From Paraphysomonas bandaiensis (taxonomy: Eukaryota > Protista > Chrysophyceae): a stretch of DNA of 57,810 nucleotides. The position numbers and the translations under genes were made by a program. Shown piece after piece: positions 1 through 13,080 of the stretch (the first letter of the stretch is position 1; each line of letters opens with the position of its first letter). The notes under the pieces were generated by a model. It searched no databases, was not told the DNA's origin, and saw only the letters and a list, made by a program, of their open reading frames with translations. The DNA is taken from the NCBI GenBank assembly GCA_965644295.1, contig CBFFRP010000328.1:1-57810 (forward strand). Direction: 5' to 3'.

Positions 1-1
1 G

Positions 2-1609
2 ATCCAAGGCACCCTGGGACAAGTAGCCTTTGCGATATCCAACCTAGACAGTAGGGTACAAGCTCTGGAGAGTTCTAAGAGAGCAGATACACCTGATTCA
101 CCAGACACCCAGAGCGATGACACACCTGATTCATTCAGTAGCAAGGGCAGTAAAGCAAGTACCACACCCAGGGGAGTCACTAAGCGTGCTAAGAAAGACC
201 GACCAAAACCCCGTTATTCCACTTTAGGAGATCTGGCTACATTCAGGAGATTGCCAGAGAAGAAAGAGCAACTGAGTGAGGAGAGCTCCGACTCAGAGCT
301 TGAGGAAGAGGCAGAAGAACATTTGGGGCGTCTTGCCAGTGTTTTTGGAGAGAAACGTCCAGGAAAGTTCTTCCGGAATTTGAAACGCAGCGCCAAGGTG
401 GCCCAAGCTAAGACTGTCAATATAACTAGGCTTGAGAAGAAGTGTCACGTCAGGATTGAGACATTCAAACTTGGTAGAGTTTCAAGGGCGATCAAGGAGA
501 TTCTGGATTTCCAAGAAGAGGAAGAAACAGAAGTCCGCATCCAGAAAGTTTTATCTAGAAACCTGAAGGATCACTTGCGTTCCGTCTATGATATTCAACA
601 CGCAGAATTAGCTAGCATGGACATATCTGACCTCATGAGAATCGTAGCCCTAGAGACGAAAGTTTTCAGCTGTGTTGGGTTTTACAACGAGCTGAAAGAA
701 TCTCTCAGCCATATGAAGGTCATGGAGTGGGACAATGTCAACGCTGTCAATTTTGAAGCCTTCTATTTTCAACAACTTCGTTTGATAGAATCCTTTAAAA
801 GGATGTTGTCTATCATGTTGGAAAATGAAAGCAACAGGCGTTGGTGTCCACAGGCTGATGACAAGGAATACGGCCTTATTAGGCTATTTAAAACCCTGAA
901 CGACGTCACATATGTGAAATTTGTTCTAGGTTGTATTCCGAAGAAGAAGTTCGACTTTATGGAAGACTTCTTCAAACTATATACGGAGGTACTGTTAGAC
1001 CATTACCAGATCACGATTGCTTATAAACAGTTGCCCTTCAAAGCAACCGTGCAACATCAGGCGAAGTATGAGGAATACATGAAGCGCAAGCGTGAAATGT
1101 TTTCTAGACCTAAGCCTGGAGTGGCAAAGAATTCCACTAGCACCCACTCTTCTACCAGGTTATTTAACATGGAAGAGGAACAGGCTTCTTTTTCTTCAAA
1201 TGAATTTTCTCATGATGAAGAAGATTTATGGGATGCCTATGGGGATACATGGAAAAGCAACAACCACAGTACCGATGTTCCTACTGGCGGCAAACCTAAT
1301 GGCGAGCCAGCGACCGAAACTTCTGAAGAGAAAGATACATCCGACTCAGAAGGAGCTTTGCAAGCTATGATTCCGTATTCAACATATACGTCAGGGGTTG
1401 CGGGGCGTTGTGTGTGTGTGTTGTGTATGTGCGAAGGGAGTATTTCCTCTTGCGTACGATATGTTGGACTCGTGATGATGTGTGACATATTCCATGCTTT
1501 GCTCCCTTCACGACGATATGACATCAGCATGTATGGTTCGTATATATGTATTTGCTTCCCTGCGATGATAACGTCAGACCAAATCTGTCCACAACATAAG
1601 AATTTCTAG
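2..1609 (+). mobile_element. 5'-truncated ORF, probably a retroelement gag-like or other TE-derived protein; the last ~75 codons look like read-through into unrelated DNA
   Basis: The frame of ORF 251..1609 is open from base 2 (IQGTLGQVAF...). It is intronless, with low-complexity acidic/Ser segments around a helical core, and composition changes abruptly near 1375. No diagnostic motif was seen, so the TE call is inference. Confidence 0.3.
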
Positions 1610-1724
1610 AATAGCTGTAAATAATGCTCATGAAGCCCTCTTATGAGCCCTCAAATACTGATATGTCGGAGTTACATCTTATCCATAAGCAGACTCGTGG
1701 TATCTATTAAATAAGTGTTCCACC

Positions 1725-4231
1725 ATGACTGGGGTTCTTGCAATCAACGACCTCATTATATCATTAGCATACTTTTGGATTACGTTTCAGATTCTTGTGT
1801 TAGCACTTCGATCCCGGGTAGGTTCAGTCAGTCTATTTACTGTCCACTCAACTCATTTTTTTTTACTTTTTGCAGCTCTTGAATGCATTTCTTCTTCGAA
1901 ATGTAGCCTCCGGGAACCAATTACTCTTAATCATGGTGCTAACTGTTATGTTGTTATTTTCCTTGTTTATCTTTGCGTGTGGGTTAACTCATTTTGCCGA
2001 TTTCTGTCGTTCACACTGGAATATGGACATGCTTTACTTTCGTAACAGCAGTATGCAGCTGTGTGCTGTTGTCTCGTTTCTAACCGCAGTCGTGGCTACA
2101 TTTTTATTTCCCGCGATACTGAAGATTACTGATAAACTTGAGCTAACAGCTGGTGGTGAGTTAATTAAGGTGGAGAATAAGTTACTGCATATTATTGATT
2201 CTTGCCAAGAGAGCATTGCTATTTTGACAATGGATTTGTGTATAACGAAAGGTAATGCATCGACGAGAAGAATATTTGGGTCCCGCATAGAAGGTTGTAA
2301 AATAACAGAAATTATTCACCCGGACGATATAGAAACTTTTGTCACAGCTGCGTCTCCGTTATTTGAATCTGTAGCTCCAGATGATTACGATATAGAAGCG
2401 AGTAATATCTACTTGTGTGATTCTCCGGACAACAGCGCTCTCCCAGTCAACGTAGAATTTCGTATCAAAGACAGCAAACATAATGACAGTTGGAGGTGGA
2501 TGGAGTCCACATTAGTTCGAAGTGAAGCGACTAGAAGCGGCTCCTCGACTTCTATCATTGGCAACGCGACTAACGAAAATGTTGTATCAGGCACCCATGA
2601 CGTTATGATCCTTACACGTGACATACATACAAGGAAAACTGAAGACGACAGTCGTCGCCTGGCACAGGAGAAGGAGAATCTTGCGAAACTTCAGTATATT
2701 ACATGTTGTGCCCATGACCTTAAAACTCCTCTTCAAAGCTTTTCCTTTGCCCTGGAGTTATTGAAAGACTCTGGCCTCACGGAGGATCAGCTTCAGCTTT
2801 GTAGTCAAGCTCGTGTCTCGGTCTCCCTCATGAATCTTACTATATCTCAAACGATGGATATAAGCAAGGTGATAATGGGATACTCCCTCAAACCACGAAA
2901 ATCGACGATGAACCTGTGTAGCATGATGCATAAAGTGGCTGTTATTATTGAGGGATATTGTCGCCAGGTGCCTATCACATTCTATATATCTAATAAGGTG
3001 TTCAATTACATCATTACGGACGAAGAATGGGTCTGGCAAATGCTTTTGAACCTGCTTACCAATGCTTGTAAGTACACAGAGGAAGGCAGCATACAAGTGT
3101 GTTGTCGTCGCTGTGAGCAGGACGACAACATGCTACTATTCGAGCTCATCGACACTGGTGTGGGGGTGAATCAAAAGAACGTGCCAACTCTATTCAACGC
3201 TTACAGCCAAGCGCAACAAGGACAAAATACTGGCACTGGTCTGGGTCTGTATGGTGTGAGAATACGAGCTGAGGGGCTAGGTGGATCATGTGGAGTGCTG
3301 CCGAACAAACCAAAAGGCTCTATATTCTGGTTTAAAATTCCCTACGTAATGGACCCATCATCAATGAATAAGAGTGACGTGCAGGCTGACCTCACTACAT
3401 TTACGATGAAACAAGATATATCTATGGTTAAATCCGCTGATGGTAGTCGTATAATTATGGAGATTCCCTCTGTAGAAAAAGATGATAGCGAAGTCAAAGA
3501 TGAATTCTCGGGTACCTCTCCCTCAAAACATCCAACAAATAGAATAACGGGAAAAGGCGAAAAAGTTTTAACAGTGATGAGTGTGGATAGCACAGATACG
3601 ACCTCTAGTCAAATGCAGGAAAATAGTGCCAGTGATGTTCGAATCAGCCCATTACACAGCTCCACTGCTTCTCAACTTTCCGCTCAACGGAAATTCTCAA
3701 CGAATTCTTCAACAGATACCTATGACGGTGTCATATCCATAATCCGCGAGAGGAAGATGACTGCATATGTTGTTGATGACGTACAATCTATTCGAAAGCT
3801 TTTGAAACGAACGTTGCTAAACTTAGGATTTAATCAAGTATATTTGTTCGAAAATGGCAGCAAAGCTCTTGAAGCATTAAAAGATAGTGTTGTGGATGTG
3901 GTGTTTATGGACATACAAATGCCTGTGATGTCTGGACCGGAGGTATTTCTTGTTGAAATTGTGACCTGTGACACTCCTAACTTATTATTTTGCTACAATC
4001 CAGGCGATTAGACGCTTACGGGAATTTGAAGCAACAGGACGGCAACGGCAATTTGTCTGTGCCGTTTCTGCTAACTTAGAGAGTGAAGTTCAGTGTGTGG
4101 GTTGGGAGGGATTCGACAAGGCCCTTTCTAAGCCACTTGATACACCGAATATACTACAGACAATGGAGGAATATATATCTGGTGCATACCCTCTGAAATC
4201 ATCTTCAGAATGTGGTATATCTTACTCATAA
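1725..4231 (+). CDS. Ethylene-receptor-like hybrid histidine kinase (ETR1-type 3-TM sensor, PAS/PAC, HisKA, HATPase, receiver); exons 1725-1817, 1876-3942, 4004-4231
   Basis: GT-AG introns 1818-1875 and 3943-4003 join three ORFs in frame. Sensor: NDLIISLAYFWI...FIFACGLTH...CAVVSFLTA. PAS: IIHPDD, WRWMES, TRDIHTRK. H-box AHDLKTPL, N-box NLLTNACKYT, G1 DTGVG, G2 GTGLGL. Receiver: VVDD, FMDIQMPVMSG, LSKP. Confidence 0.9.
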
Positions 4232-4326
4232 TGTGATATAAATTTATGTTTGCGATATATTTGTTCAGTTCTTATGGACGTTTTTCTTATACTGAGACAT
4301 AATGTAGCTGTACTACTATCTATACT

Positions 4327-4962
4327 TGTTGCATAACTTAAATAGCATATCAATATTGGAATTTCGTGTCTCGCCCGAAATTATGTCTAACCAGTTGGTT
4401 CATTCGATTATGCCCCAATCTGAGGACATAGCCACCGTTTAGGATCGCTTGGACACCACCTATAACACTGATTCTACCACCCGTGTACCAACGCAGCTGT
4501 CCGCATAGATCACGCGCTGATTTTGTTGCCGCCCATCCCGTGTTCACCTTTGCTAAGATTACGCGGGATTTTTTTCTCATAGCTATGCATGACTTATATA
4601 TTATATATGTACTTCGCGCAGATACTAGTAGAACTATGTTTGGCTTCCCATTACCTGGCAATTATTACGCCGAGCTTCTCGTGACCATGCATGACTCAGT
4701 ACTCAGTATAGAGAATAGGCCTAGCGTGACATTGGCGTGCCCCCTCTTGTCCCCTAGTTCTCGTAATCCCATATAGGCTATGCAAGTATATGTAGATCTA
4801 GCTAGAGCTTGACGTCCCGACACACAAAGAATGCGCTGAGATTTATTAACAATCTATACTATACGCTATACGATATTTAGCTTAATCATCAATACTAGCA
4901 CTTTACTAGGACCCGCTCTCGGAATGGGGCACCCCCCGCTGGCATACTTTCCACGTACAACA
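4327..4962. mobile_element. Possible solo LTR or other TE fragment
   Basis: Non-coding 636-bp block bounded by TGTTG...CAACA. The flanking 5-mers (atact / tcatc) do not match, so there is no TSD support. Confidence 0.25.
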
Positions 4963-6688
4963 TCATCTATCTAACCAAGTTGTAGTTCAGGCTGTATTAT
5001 TATTGGAAATGTATTTGAACAGGAGTATATTTATTGATACGTACTGCATGTAGCAAGTACATCTCAAGACGTACTGTTTCTTCACATTGTTGTGGCACCG
5101 CTGTTAGTGATGCATATCAATTAATTGATCACAAAATGCCACCAATTTTTGTGTTTAGATAATCCAATTTCCACAAAAAAATAAATAATGGTAGAAAACA
5201 AAATCAGCGATATAAGCGATAAGCTGCTACCAGTAGTCATTGCTTGAGTGTTCTTCGAGAAAATAAATGAAAACAACGAAGACGTTGCATTCGAGACTTG
5301 GCAGTGCCGTGAGTGCCCTGTATACGGAGTATATGTAGCTATAGCTACTTGAGTACATGTAGTTTGAAATCAATTAATTTGTAATTGCAATTATTATTGA
5401 CTTCAACCTGCGTCAATTACAATTGATTGGTACCACGCCGTCCTGCTGTTAGTATTGACACTGATGTATACTATTTCCCTTAGTATTTTGTCGTTGGAAA
5501 CAGTAAGAGGCGTCTAGTGAGATCGTAAATGCGTAAATGCAGCTAACAAACGCAGCATGTTGCAATGAATGATGAGAAATGTTTATTATAATTTTATAAA
5601 ATATGACAATTATCGAGTTTAGTTATCTTTACTCTCAAGGTTGACTACGTCCATTTAGAACGTTGTCGTAGGTGATAGATAGGACATGAAGTTGCTACCT
5701 AAGATAGTTCAGTTTGAAGTGGTAAATTGGACTAAAAAGTGTAAGATACGTCTAATAAGAAAGAACAAAAACCACTTGAGTCGTGGCAAAGGACCAATGC
5801 ATCTTGCAGACAATGGGTCAATGGATCTTTGATATCAATACAAGGGAATAACTTGAGAAGCGATTGAGCGTCCTGTACGCCATTTATGAAGCGTTTGTAC
5901 TCTGTTTCATAACCATACCTCCAAGCGGATTTGTTCCAGTTGAAAGCCTTCAAACTAAGTCAGAGTGTTTAGGATTCAAACTCGAAAAGAAACCCCATTG
6001 TCGAGCAAAGCCCTTGTTTGTTAGTTGGAGAGGACTTGCGAATATTGCTAAAGCGTCCTGCTCAACAAACAAAACATAACCGATGACATGAACTTTCCTA
6101 AAGTCCAAGAAACTCTTGATACATATACATCTTGAGGGTCACATTACTTGATCTGAAGTCTAGTTTGAATTACTTCTAGCACAACTGCTGGTGCTGGTGC
6201 TACTACCTCTCACAGGGGTTCGGATGTCAGATTGCAGTGGGCTTCATGCCAGGCAATATATATGTGATCCTTATATACATCCACCTATCATATGAGTGTG
6301 TATTATTATTGTCCTGCCCTGTTGCGCTTTCTTTCGGGCGGAGCTGCGTATAAGATCACCGGGGAGACCAGGTACGGTTACGGATGATACTGGAGGATAT
6401 CACCACTACACAAAAATAGAGGAGATATCAGCGAATTAGACGAATTGAAATACTAGTAGTAGCATATCATTGGCTACCTTGTTTGGTGACGATTAATTCC
6501 CTCCAGTGTGGGACACGTCCAGTTGCAGAAGAGTGGGGGGTTGCAGTCCTCATGCTCCTGAGGAAAGATTCTACTCATACACTTCCACTAGTAAAGAATA
6601 AACTTTCAAGTGATGAGTGAACAATTCCACCGCAGAAGTGAATTGCTAGTGATAAATATTTATTTCATCATCTAGTTCTGGCTGGAAT

Positions 6689-9040
6689 ATGCGATTTAGC
6701 GCTTTTGGTGGCTATCACTACGAAGTATGTGTGTGTCTCACAGTAGTCACGAGCTTATTTTCATTCATACCTCTGCTATTCGATCACAACACTTTAAATG
6801 GAGATCATTTAGTGGCACCTGATCACCTGAAGAATTGGTCTTTGTTTAATGTATCTCTTATTGCTGCGTTTTCAACTGCTCTGCCGATGATCCTTGACAC
6901 CTTGTTAGATTTCCGTTTACCGCTTCGAGATATATCGCCACGATATTTAATTGTTATTTCTCTCATTTTACCTTGCATCATAAACTTTTGGACGTATGCC
7001 ATATCAGGGGAGTTTTGCTCCATTCGCAATATATTTGCAGCACTTCACATGCGCGAAACTTTATTGAGAGGATCATTGTTGAGTTTTCTTTTGTATGACT
7101 CTTGTTCATGGAAAACATTGGCTGCTGCATGTAGTATTTTCAGTGCAAATACATTTTCATTGCAGATGCTACTTTGGAGCACTTTCCGTCCGGATGACGT
7201 TTCTGCGGTCTGGAGGTTATGTGGCAGAGTAACAACAGCAGTTACGGTTTTATGGGTTACTTGGTTGCTGATTCATCGCTGGCGGAAACTACTTAAAAAG
7301 GGCACACGAAATGTGGCATATGTCTCTATTTTATACCCTGCATTGTATGTATTAAATATTACCATTAAATATATTTTGCTTTCATCTACAAGAAATATAG
7401 CATATGCGGGATTCGCCGATGTCGTAGTAAGTATACTTGCGACCACGATTCCTGGTCGGCAAGCAAGATATGAAAAGGCTATTGCTGAGGTAAGATCAAT
7501 TGTCTTTGGTTCCTTGTGGTGTTGACATCTTGATTAATGTAGCACGTAATAGAATCCAAGCGAGACTATGTTAGCTACATGTCTCACGAAATCCGCACTC
7601 CTCTCAACGTCGTGTACATGGGCATCCAACTGCTCGTCAATGAATGTAAAGGGGGAATTTACAATAGCGAAGTCATTTGTGGAATACTAGATGATATTGA
7701 TACCTCTTGCAAAGTGGCTATTGATATTCTGAATGAATTGTTGCTTGCCAATAAACTGGAGGCTGGAAATGTCACCTTGGAGAAGGAATTGGTTTCTGCT
7801 GTATCCTTAATAAAAAGTGTCGCTGATCCGTTTAAAGTACAGGTGCGGTGTGTGAAGTAAGTGCAGTATTGTTTATCTAAGTTTAAGTTTCAATAGGCAC
7901 GACAGAAGGGTGTGACATTCCTTCACGATGGTGACACTCATATTGATCCCGCGGTGATGGATGATAATATACATTTAAATGTGGACCCTCGCAAAATTAG
8001 CCAAGTGTTGCGCAACCTTATCTCCAATGCTCTGAAGTTTACACCAAAGAATGGAAAAGTAGATGTCTATGTGTATCTCAAGCAGATGTCATCCGTAAAT
8101 TCATCAACACGATCGTCATTTGCAATTCTAAATAAAGTACAGCCATTGGGAACCGCTGTTGATGGAAGGAACTTATCATGGGATAGGAAAACGAATATTG
8201 GCCACTCCAATTTATATGATGTTGAAAACACTGTACTGCGGATTGAAGTACACGATACTGGAGTCGGTATATCACAGGTAGGTAGCGATATGGTGTGTTT
8301 AGTGACAACTAACATTGTGTCTTAGGATGATCAACAAAAGCTCTTTGGCCAAATTGTTCAGTTCAACGCCGCGCAGCTTCAGAATGGTGGCGGTTCTGGA
8401 ATAGGCTTGTGGAGTGAGTTTATGCTATTTTTTTACTGACATGTAATTGCTGTGTAATGTAGTATCAAAGAAGATAATGGATCTGCATGGAGGACGTATA
8501 GGTGTCAAATCTGAGCCCGGAAAAGGCTCCATGTTTTTCATAGAGCTCGATGTGACTACAAGGCATCGGAGTACCGGTGAATGTGATGTGCATGAGTTTG
8601 GCTCTCACTGTTGTCAAGATTCGTGCGGTAGTCTTGATGACGGTGCTCATTGTTCAGTCGATTCTGAAAATTGTAGAGTCCTCATCGTTGATGACTCGCC
8701 AATGAATCGAAAGATGCTGACCCATATAATTGAGCCGAAAGTGGGTCCCATATCTCATGCTGAGAATGGTGTCGAAGCAGTAGAAAAGGTTCGCGAGTCG
8801 ATGGAGAATGGATTACCTTATGATTTGATTTTTATGGACTCCAATATGCCTGAATTGTGTGGCGCGGATGCCACGAAGCTCATTCGTGACATGGGATATG
8901 GAGGGATGATAGTATTTTTGACTGGAAACGTCATGCCCGATGATATTGATCGGTTTATATCATCTGGGGCCAATGATGTTTTGGTAAAGCCGTGCACATT
9001 GCGTAGCGTCGAGAAGTATATAGCAACAATACGTATGTGA
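6689..9040 (+). CDS. Multi-TM hybrid histidine kinase; exons 6689-7489, 7543-7842, 7897-8277, 8326-8413, 8463-9040
   Basis: Four GT-AG introns (53, 54, 48, 49 nt) restore one frame. Hydrophobic N-terminal region of ~6-7 TM; H-box MSHEIRTPLN; N-box RNLISNALKFT; G1 HDTGVGI; G2 GGGSGIGLWISKKIMDLHGG; receiver LIVDD, FMDSNMP, VKP. Confidence 0.9.
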
Positions 9041-9549
9041 ACTACTCTGTTACATATAATGCAATTACGAACTATATTTCAGGTTTGAAGAATTACGAAT
9101 GACTATTTTACTACGTGTTCAACGTGGCTTAGTTTTGTTTTATGTTCTTTTGTTCCTTAATGCAATATTATGCGCCCATAGGAAGATCATGAATTATTTC
9201 CATTCAGGTCTGGGACATGGTATGTATTTGCCTCCTCTCAGTTGTTCGTTTCTTTGCAGTTTTTTTGTATTCTTCAACGACGTGATTACATTTTGTCGTC
9301 TTACGAATTTTCGACATACCTACAACTCTAAAGATGATGTTTTATGTTTATGCAATGCTTGTTTTTTTTGGTATAGTACAATTGTATTTTTGACATATAC
9401 TGGCTATTGAGTATTATTACTGTGGTATTGCTATGGAGATATGAAGTGAGCCAGTAAGAATATATAGATATATGGAGTACGTAATACTTATAATTTTCAA
9501 TATATCAGACTTGGTAGTGATGAAATGAGTACACTAGTGTCACTCTCTC

Positions 9550-9828
9550 ATACGTAATAGCTTTGTTAACACAACGAACTGTGGAGCCTAGGCGAAAGGT
9601 GCACATCTGAGCGAGGCCGGTTTTAGCAAGATATTATGTCTATAATTTACTGTTACGATATACACCAATACTGCGTTTTACACGTATTTATACGTAATAG
9701 CTTTGTTAACACAACGAACTGTGGAGCCTAGGCGAAAGGTGCACATCTGAGCGAGGCCGGTTTTAGCAAGATATTATGTCTATAATTTACTGTTACGATA
9801 TACACCAATACTGCGTTTTACACGTATT
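9550..9828. repeat. Tandem duplication, two copies with a 140-bp period
   Basis: atacgtaatagctttg...ttacacgtatt at 9550-9688 recurs, identical by eye, at 9690-9828. Confidence 0.95.
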
Positions 9829-10798
9829 ATAGATGTACGCCCACTTTACAATATCTTAAAATAGTATGTAGCAATAATAATCTCATCTTTATTACGACCA
9901 CATGTTCTTGCAGCAATATTCTTGCTGTGTCCAAAGATTCACACATTTGTAGCAAAATTGGGTCCCCTAGTCGCGTCACATTAAAGCACTCGACGAAAAC
10001 ACCCAATTGAATATAGCGAAATGAGCTTCTCTACTTATATTACTATAGTAAGAATATCATGCAGTATATCCTATATGGAACACGGATTGCAGCCCATAGT
10101 GGCGAATCGTGATCCTCTGTTCGAAATCCAGTCAACTGTAAGTGGCTTGTATAGGTCTTAATTGAAAAGGTGCCTATACACGACAGAGCACTTTATTTTA
10201 ATACACGCTGAACATGGATATTACAGACGGGTGTCTGCTAGTGCCATCTGTTCATCCTCAACTATTCACAGACTCCCACTATATCGCCCCGAATACAAAT
10301 ATATCAAGATATCGTAGATCAACGATATTACACTAATGCGTGACTGCTGCGAGGAAAAGACGGTGCTATGCAGAATGAGTGGAGAAATTTACAAAATCCC
10401 GGATTTTGATAGATTGACAGAAAATCGAACTCTCTCATATGAAATGTACGGTTCGTACTGCAGCAGGACTGAAAAAATACTGAAAAATAAGCAGTGTAAA
10501 TTGAACCAATAGTAGATATTACAAGCGTATTGATTGGTAGATATTCGATTCCACATAGGAGAGTGCACCATGTTCGAAAACATGTCACAGCTTTCGACGT
10601 TGGACAGAAGTCGACGTCAGCACTGTAGAGTGGAGGCCTGAATCGTGTTCGACGAAGATCTACACTATGTACAGGAATGATGTCAGTGAAGTTAGTTCTT
10701 CGCTAGTGTGCATGTATTATTAATGGACGGATATGATAACATGGAAGCATCAATATTACCATAGTAACTGTCTGTATTATTAAACGGATACCAGCTAA

Positions 10799-13080
10799 AT
10801 GGGCGCTGTGATCGGAGTAGCACAGGGCCCTTGTACTCTGAGATCCCCTATAAAGAAGCACACTTCATCGAGTATTGTGTCAGCTGAGTTAGATACAAGT
10901 ACGAGATTATTTAGTCCGGGTCGCAGTGTCACGCAGCACGTCTCCATGTCTAGATCCACAGTCAAACTTATTGCACGTAACCAACTACATCGGACCATTG
11001 AGAGTTTTACAACTAACTCATTCCTCGATTCCTCTACTGTTTTATATCCTGATGGTGATGGAGTGCTCCCTTATCTGATTAATCAAGACAATACCCCTCT
11101 CTGCGACTTTATTAGTAGAGATGAGCCGAGCCCTGTTCAACCCAAACCTACGAAGCCTAGTCTTAAGGTGATCGTGTCTGAAGACGATGGTGACCGACCA
11201 GATGCTCAATCCCTTGTTATTAACGACATTGCAAGCAATACTGGAGTGGTTCTCCCGCCTTCAATGTATCGATCCTCCTCGAACGAGGCAGTATACGTGG
11301 GCCCACTGGCCATCGGAATCAGAGGCATTGAGGTGAGGAAGAGTCAAAAAAATTGTTCAGAAGTTCCCCACCCCCATGCATTTTTGTCCAAGGGAAGATA
11401 TGACTTTGTTCACGTCGGAAAGTTGGGATGTGGTATGTGTTCTTCACATTAAAAGAGCCTAATGTATATTTACGAGTGCTGCCAGGAAATTCTGGCACTG
11501 TAGTGGAAGCACTGCATGTGCCTACACTCACCATTGTCGCTCTCAAAATGCTACGTGTATGTGACGACAAGGACTTGAACCTCGTTTCCGGTGAGCTGAG
11601 TGTGTTATGTCAAAATTTGGCAGAACTTCGACTGATGGACGAGCGGTTGGGGGAACGTTCTGACAACGAAAGTGATATCATGGAAACAACTGAGACTACT
11701 ACTGATGTCCCTGAAATAACGAGTCCTTGTCCACAATTATTGGCCATGTATGATGGTAGGTATTATAAACATATCCTCTAAATTTAGTAGTATGATTGAC
11801 TAATTTCTTGATCTATATTGTAGCTTTCCTGGACCCTATAAGTGGAATGGTCAACCTCGTGGTCGAGTATATGGATGGCGGATCTTTGCAGGATGTGGTG
11901 GACAATGGGGGTTGTCGCGACGAAGAAGTTTTAGCAGACATAGCCCACCAGGTATTGCTGGGACTGGACTTTCTTCACAGCCACAACCAGATGCACCGCG
12001 ATATTAAACCTGGTAATATTCTACTCAATTGCCAAGGCCAGGTAAAACTGGCAGACTTTGGTATATCAAGAGTTCACGTCAGCAAACATGCAAAAACAGA
12101 TTTCAGTGGAACAGTAAATTACATGGTGAGCAGTGTCTTGCCATTTGGAGTGAATTTGAGTTTTGTAATAGGCACCTGAACGTATACTCAATAAACCTTA
12201 CGATCTTGCTAGTGACCTTTGGTCATTTGGACTAACGCTTCTAGCGGTTATATGTGGGCAATTTCCCTTGGTAAATTCTAATGGTGAGGCGGCAGCTGAT
12301 TACTGGGACCTATTGCGCTTAATCTGCGAAGATGATGTTCGTCCCCCTGGAGATCAGTTCTCGGTTGAGTTTAATGCTTTAATTGAGTCTTGCATTGAGA
12401 AAGACCCCACGGCTAGACCGACAGTGCGACAATTACTCGGAAGTAATTTCTTCGAGAAACATGTAGATGTAGTGTCAGCTTATTCTCTTGGCGAGAGGAA
12501 CTCTACAGTTACGGAAAATGGGGGTGAAGGGACTAATCGTTGCAATGGCTCTCCACCTCGTTCTCACCGAACGAGGCTCTCAGTTCTCACTTCCCGCTCG
12601 ACAGCTCTTTCGAGGGGTGCCAGCAGGCAGATTGGAGATGATCTCATCGCCGTTTCTGAAGCCGACAATGACAAGGACATGTATGATATGCACATAGACC
12701 ACTTGCATAGCATATTTGACAACGCCGCACGCATGTACGAGCATCCTTCGGCTTCTGTGTCCAAGTCTCAAGTGTACTGTAGCACAAGCTATAAGGACCA
12801 GGCATCGTCCGAAAAACGTGGTCGTGATTTCAAGAGCACAAAATCAGATGATATGCAAAATATTACCAATGAATCGCCACAGCACCCTGTATCGAAAACC
12901 GCACTGAGAAGAAATACGAGTCTCAGTGATCGACTCTGCAGGCTTCCAAGCTGTGATGAAGACGTTTCGAAATGGCGGCATCTTGCACAACAACTGAATC
13001 TTCCACTGAATAGTGTTTTATATGTTGCACGAAATACTGTCAAAGCTGAGTTCTTTGAACGTGGAAATGAATTTGCTTAA
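10799..13080 (+). CDS. STE7/MAPKK-like Ser/Thr protein kinase; exons 10799-11432, 11486-11755, 11824-12125, 12172-13080
   Basis: The spliced product has GCGNSG (Gly loop), VALK, VEYMDGGSL, HRDIKPGN, DFG, GTVNYMAPERI and SDLWSFGL. Introns 11433-11485, 11756-11823 and 12126-12171 are GT-AG and keep the frame. The start codon is less certain. Confidence 0.85.

Noticed and set aside
5732-6130. Possible degraded coding sequence on the - strand (similar cases at 9070-9420, 13330-13710 and 18640-19330)
   Set aside because: Multiple stops and no recognisable motif; cannot be assigned without a database search.
9940-10680. Possible non-autonomous DNA transposon
   Set aside because: No convincing terminal inverted repeats or TSD could be delimited.
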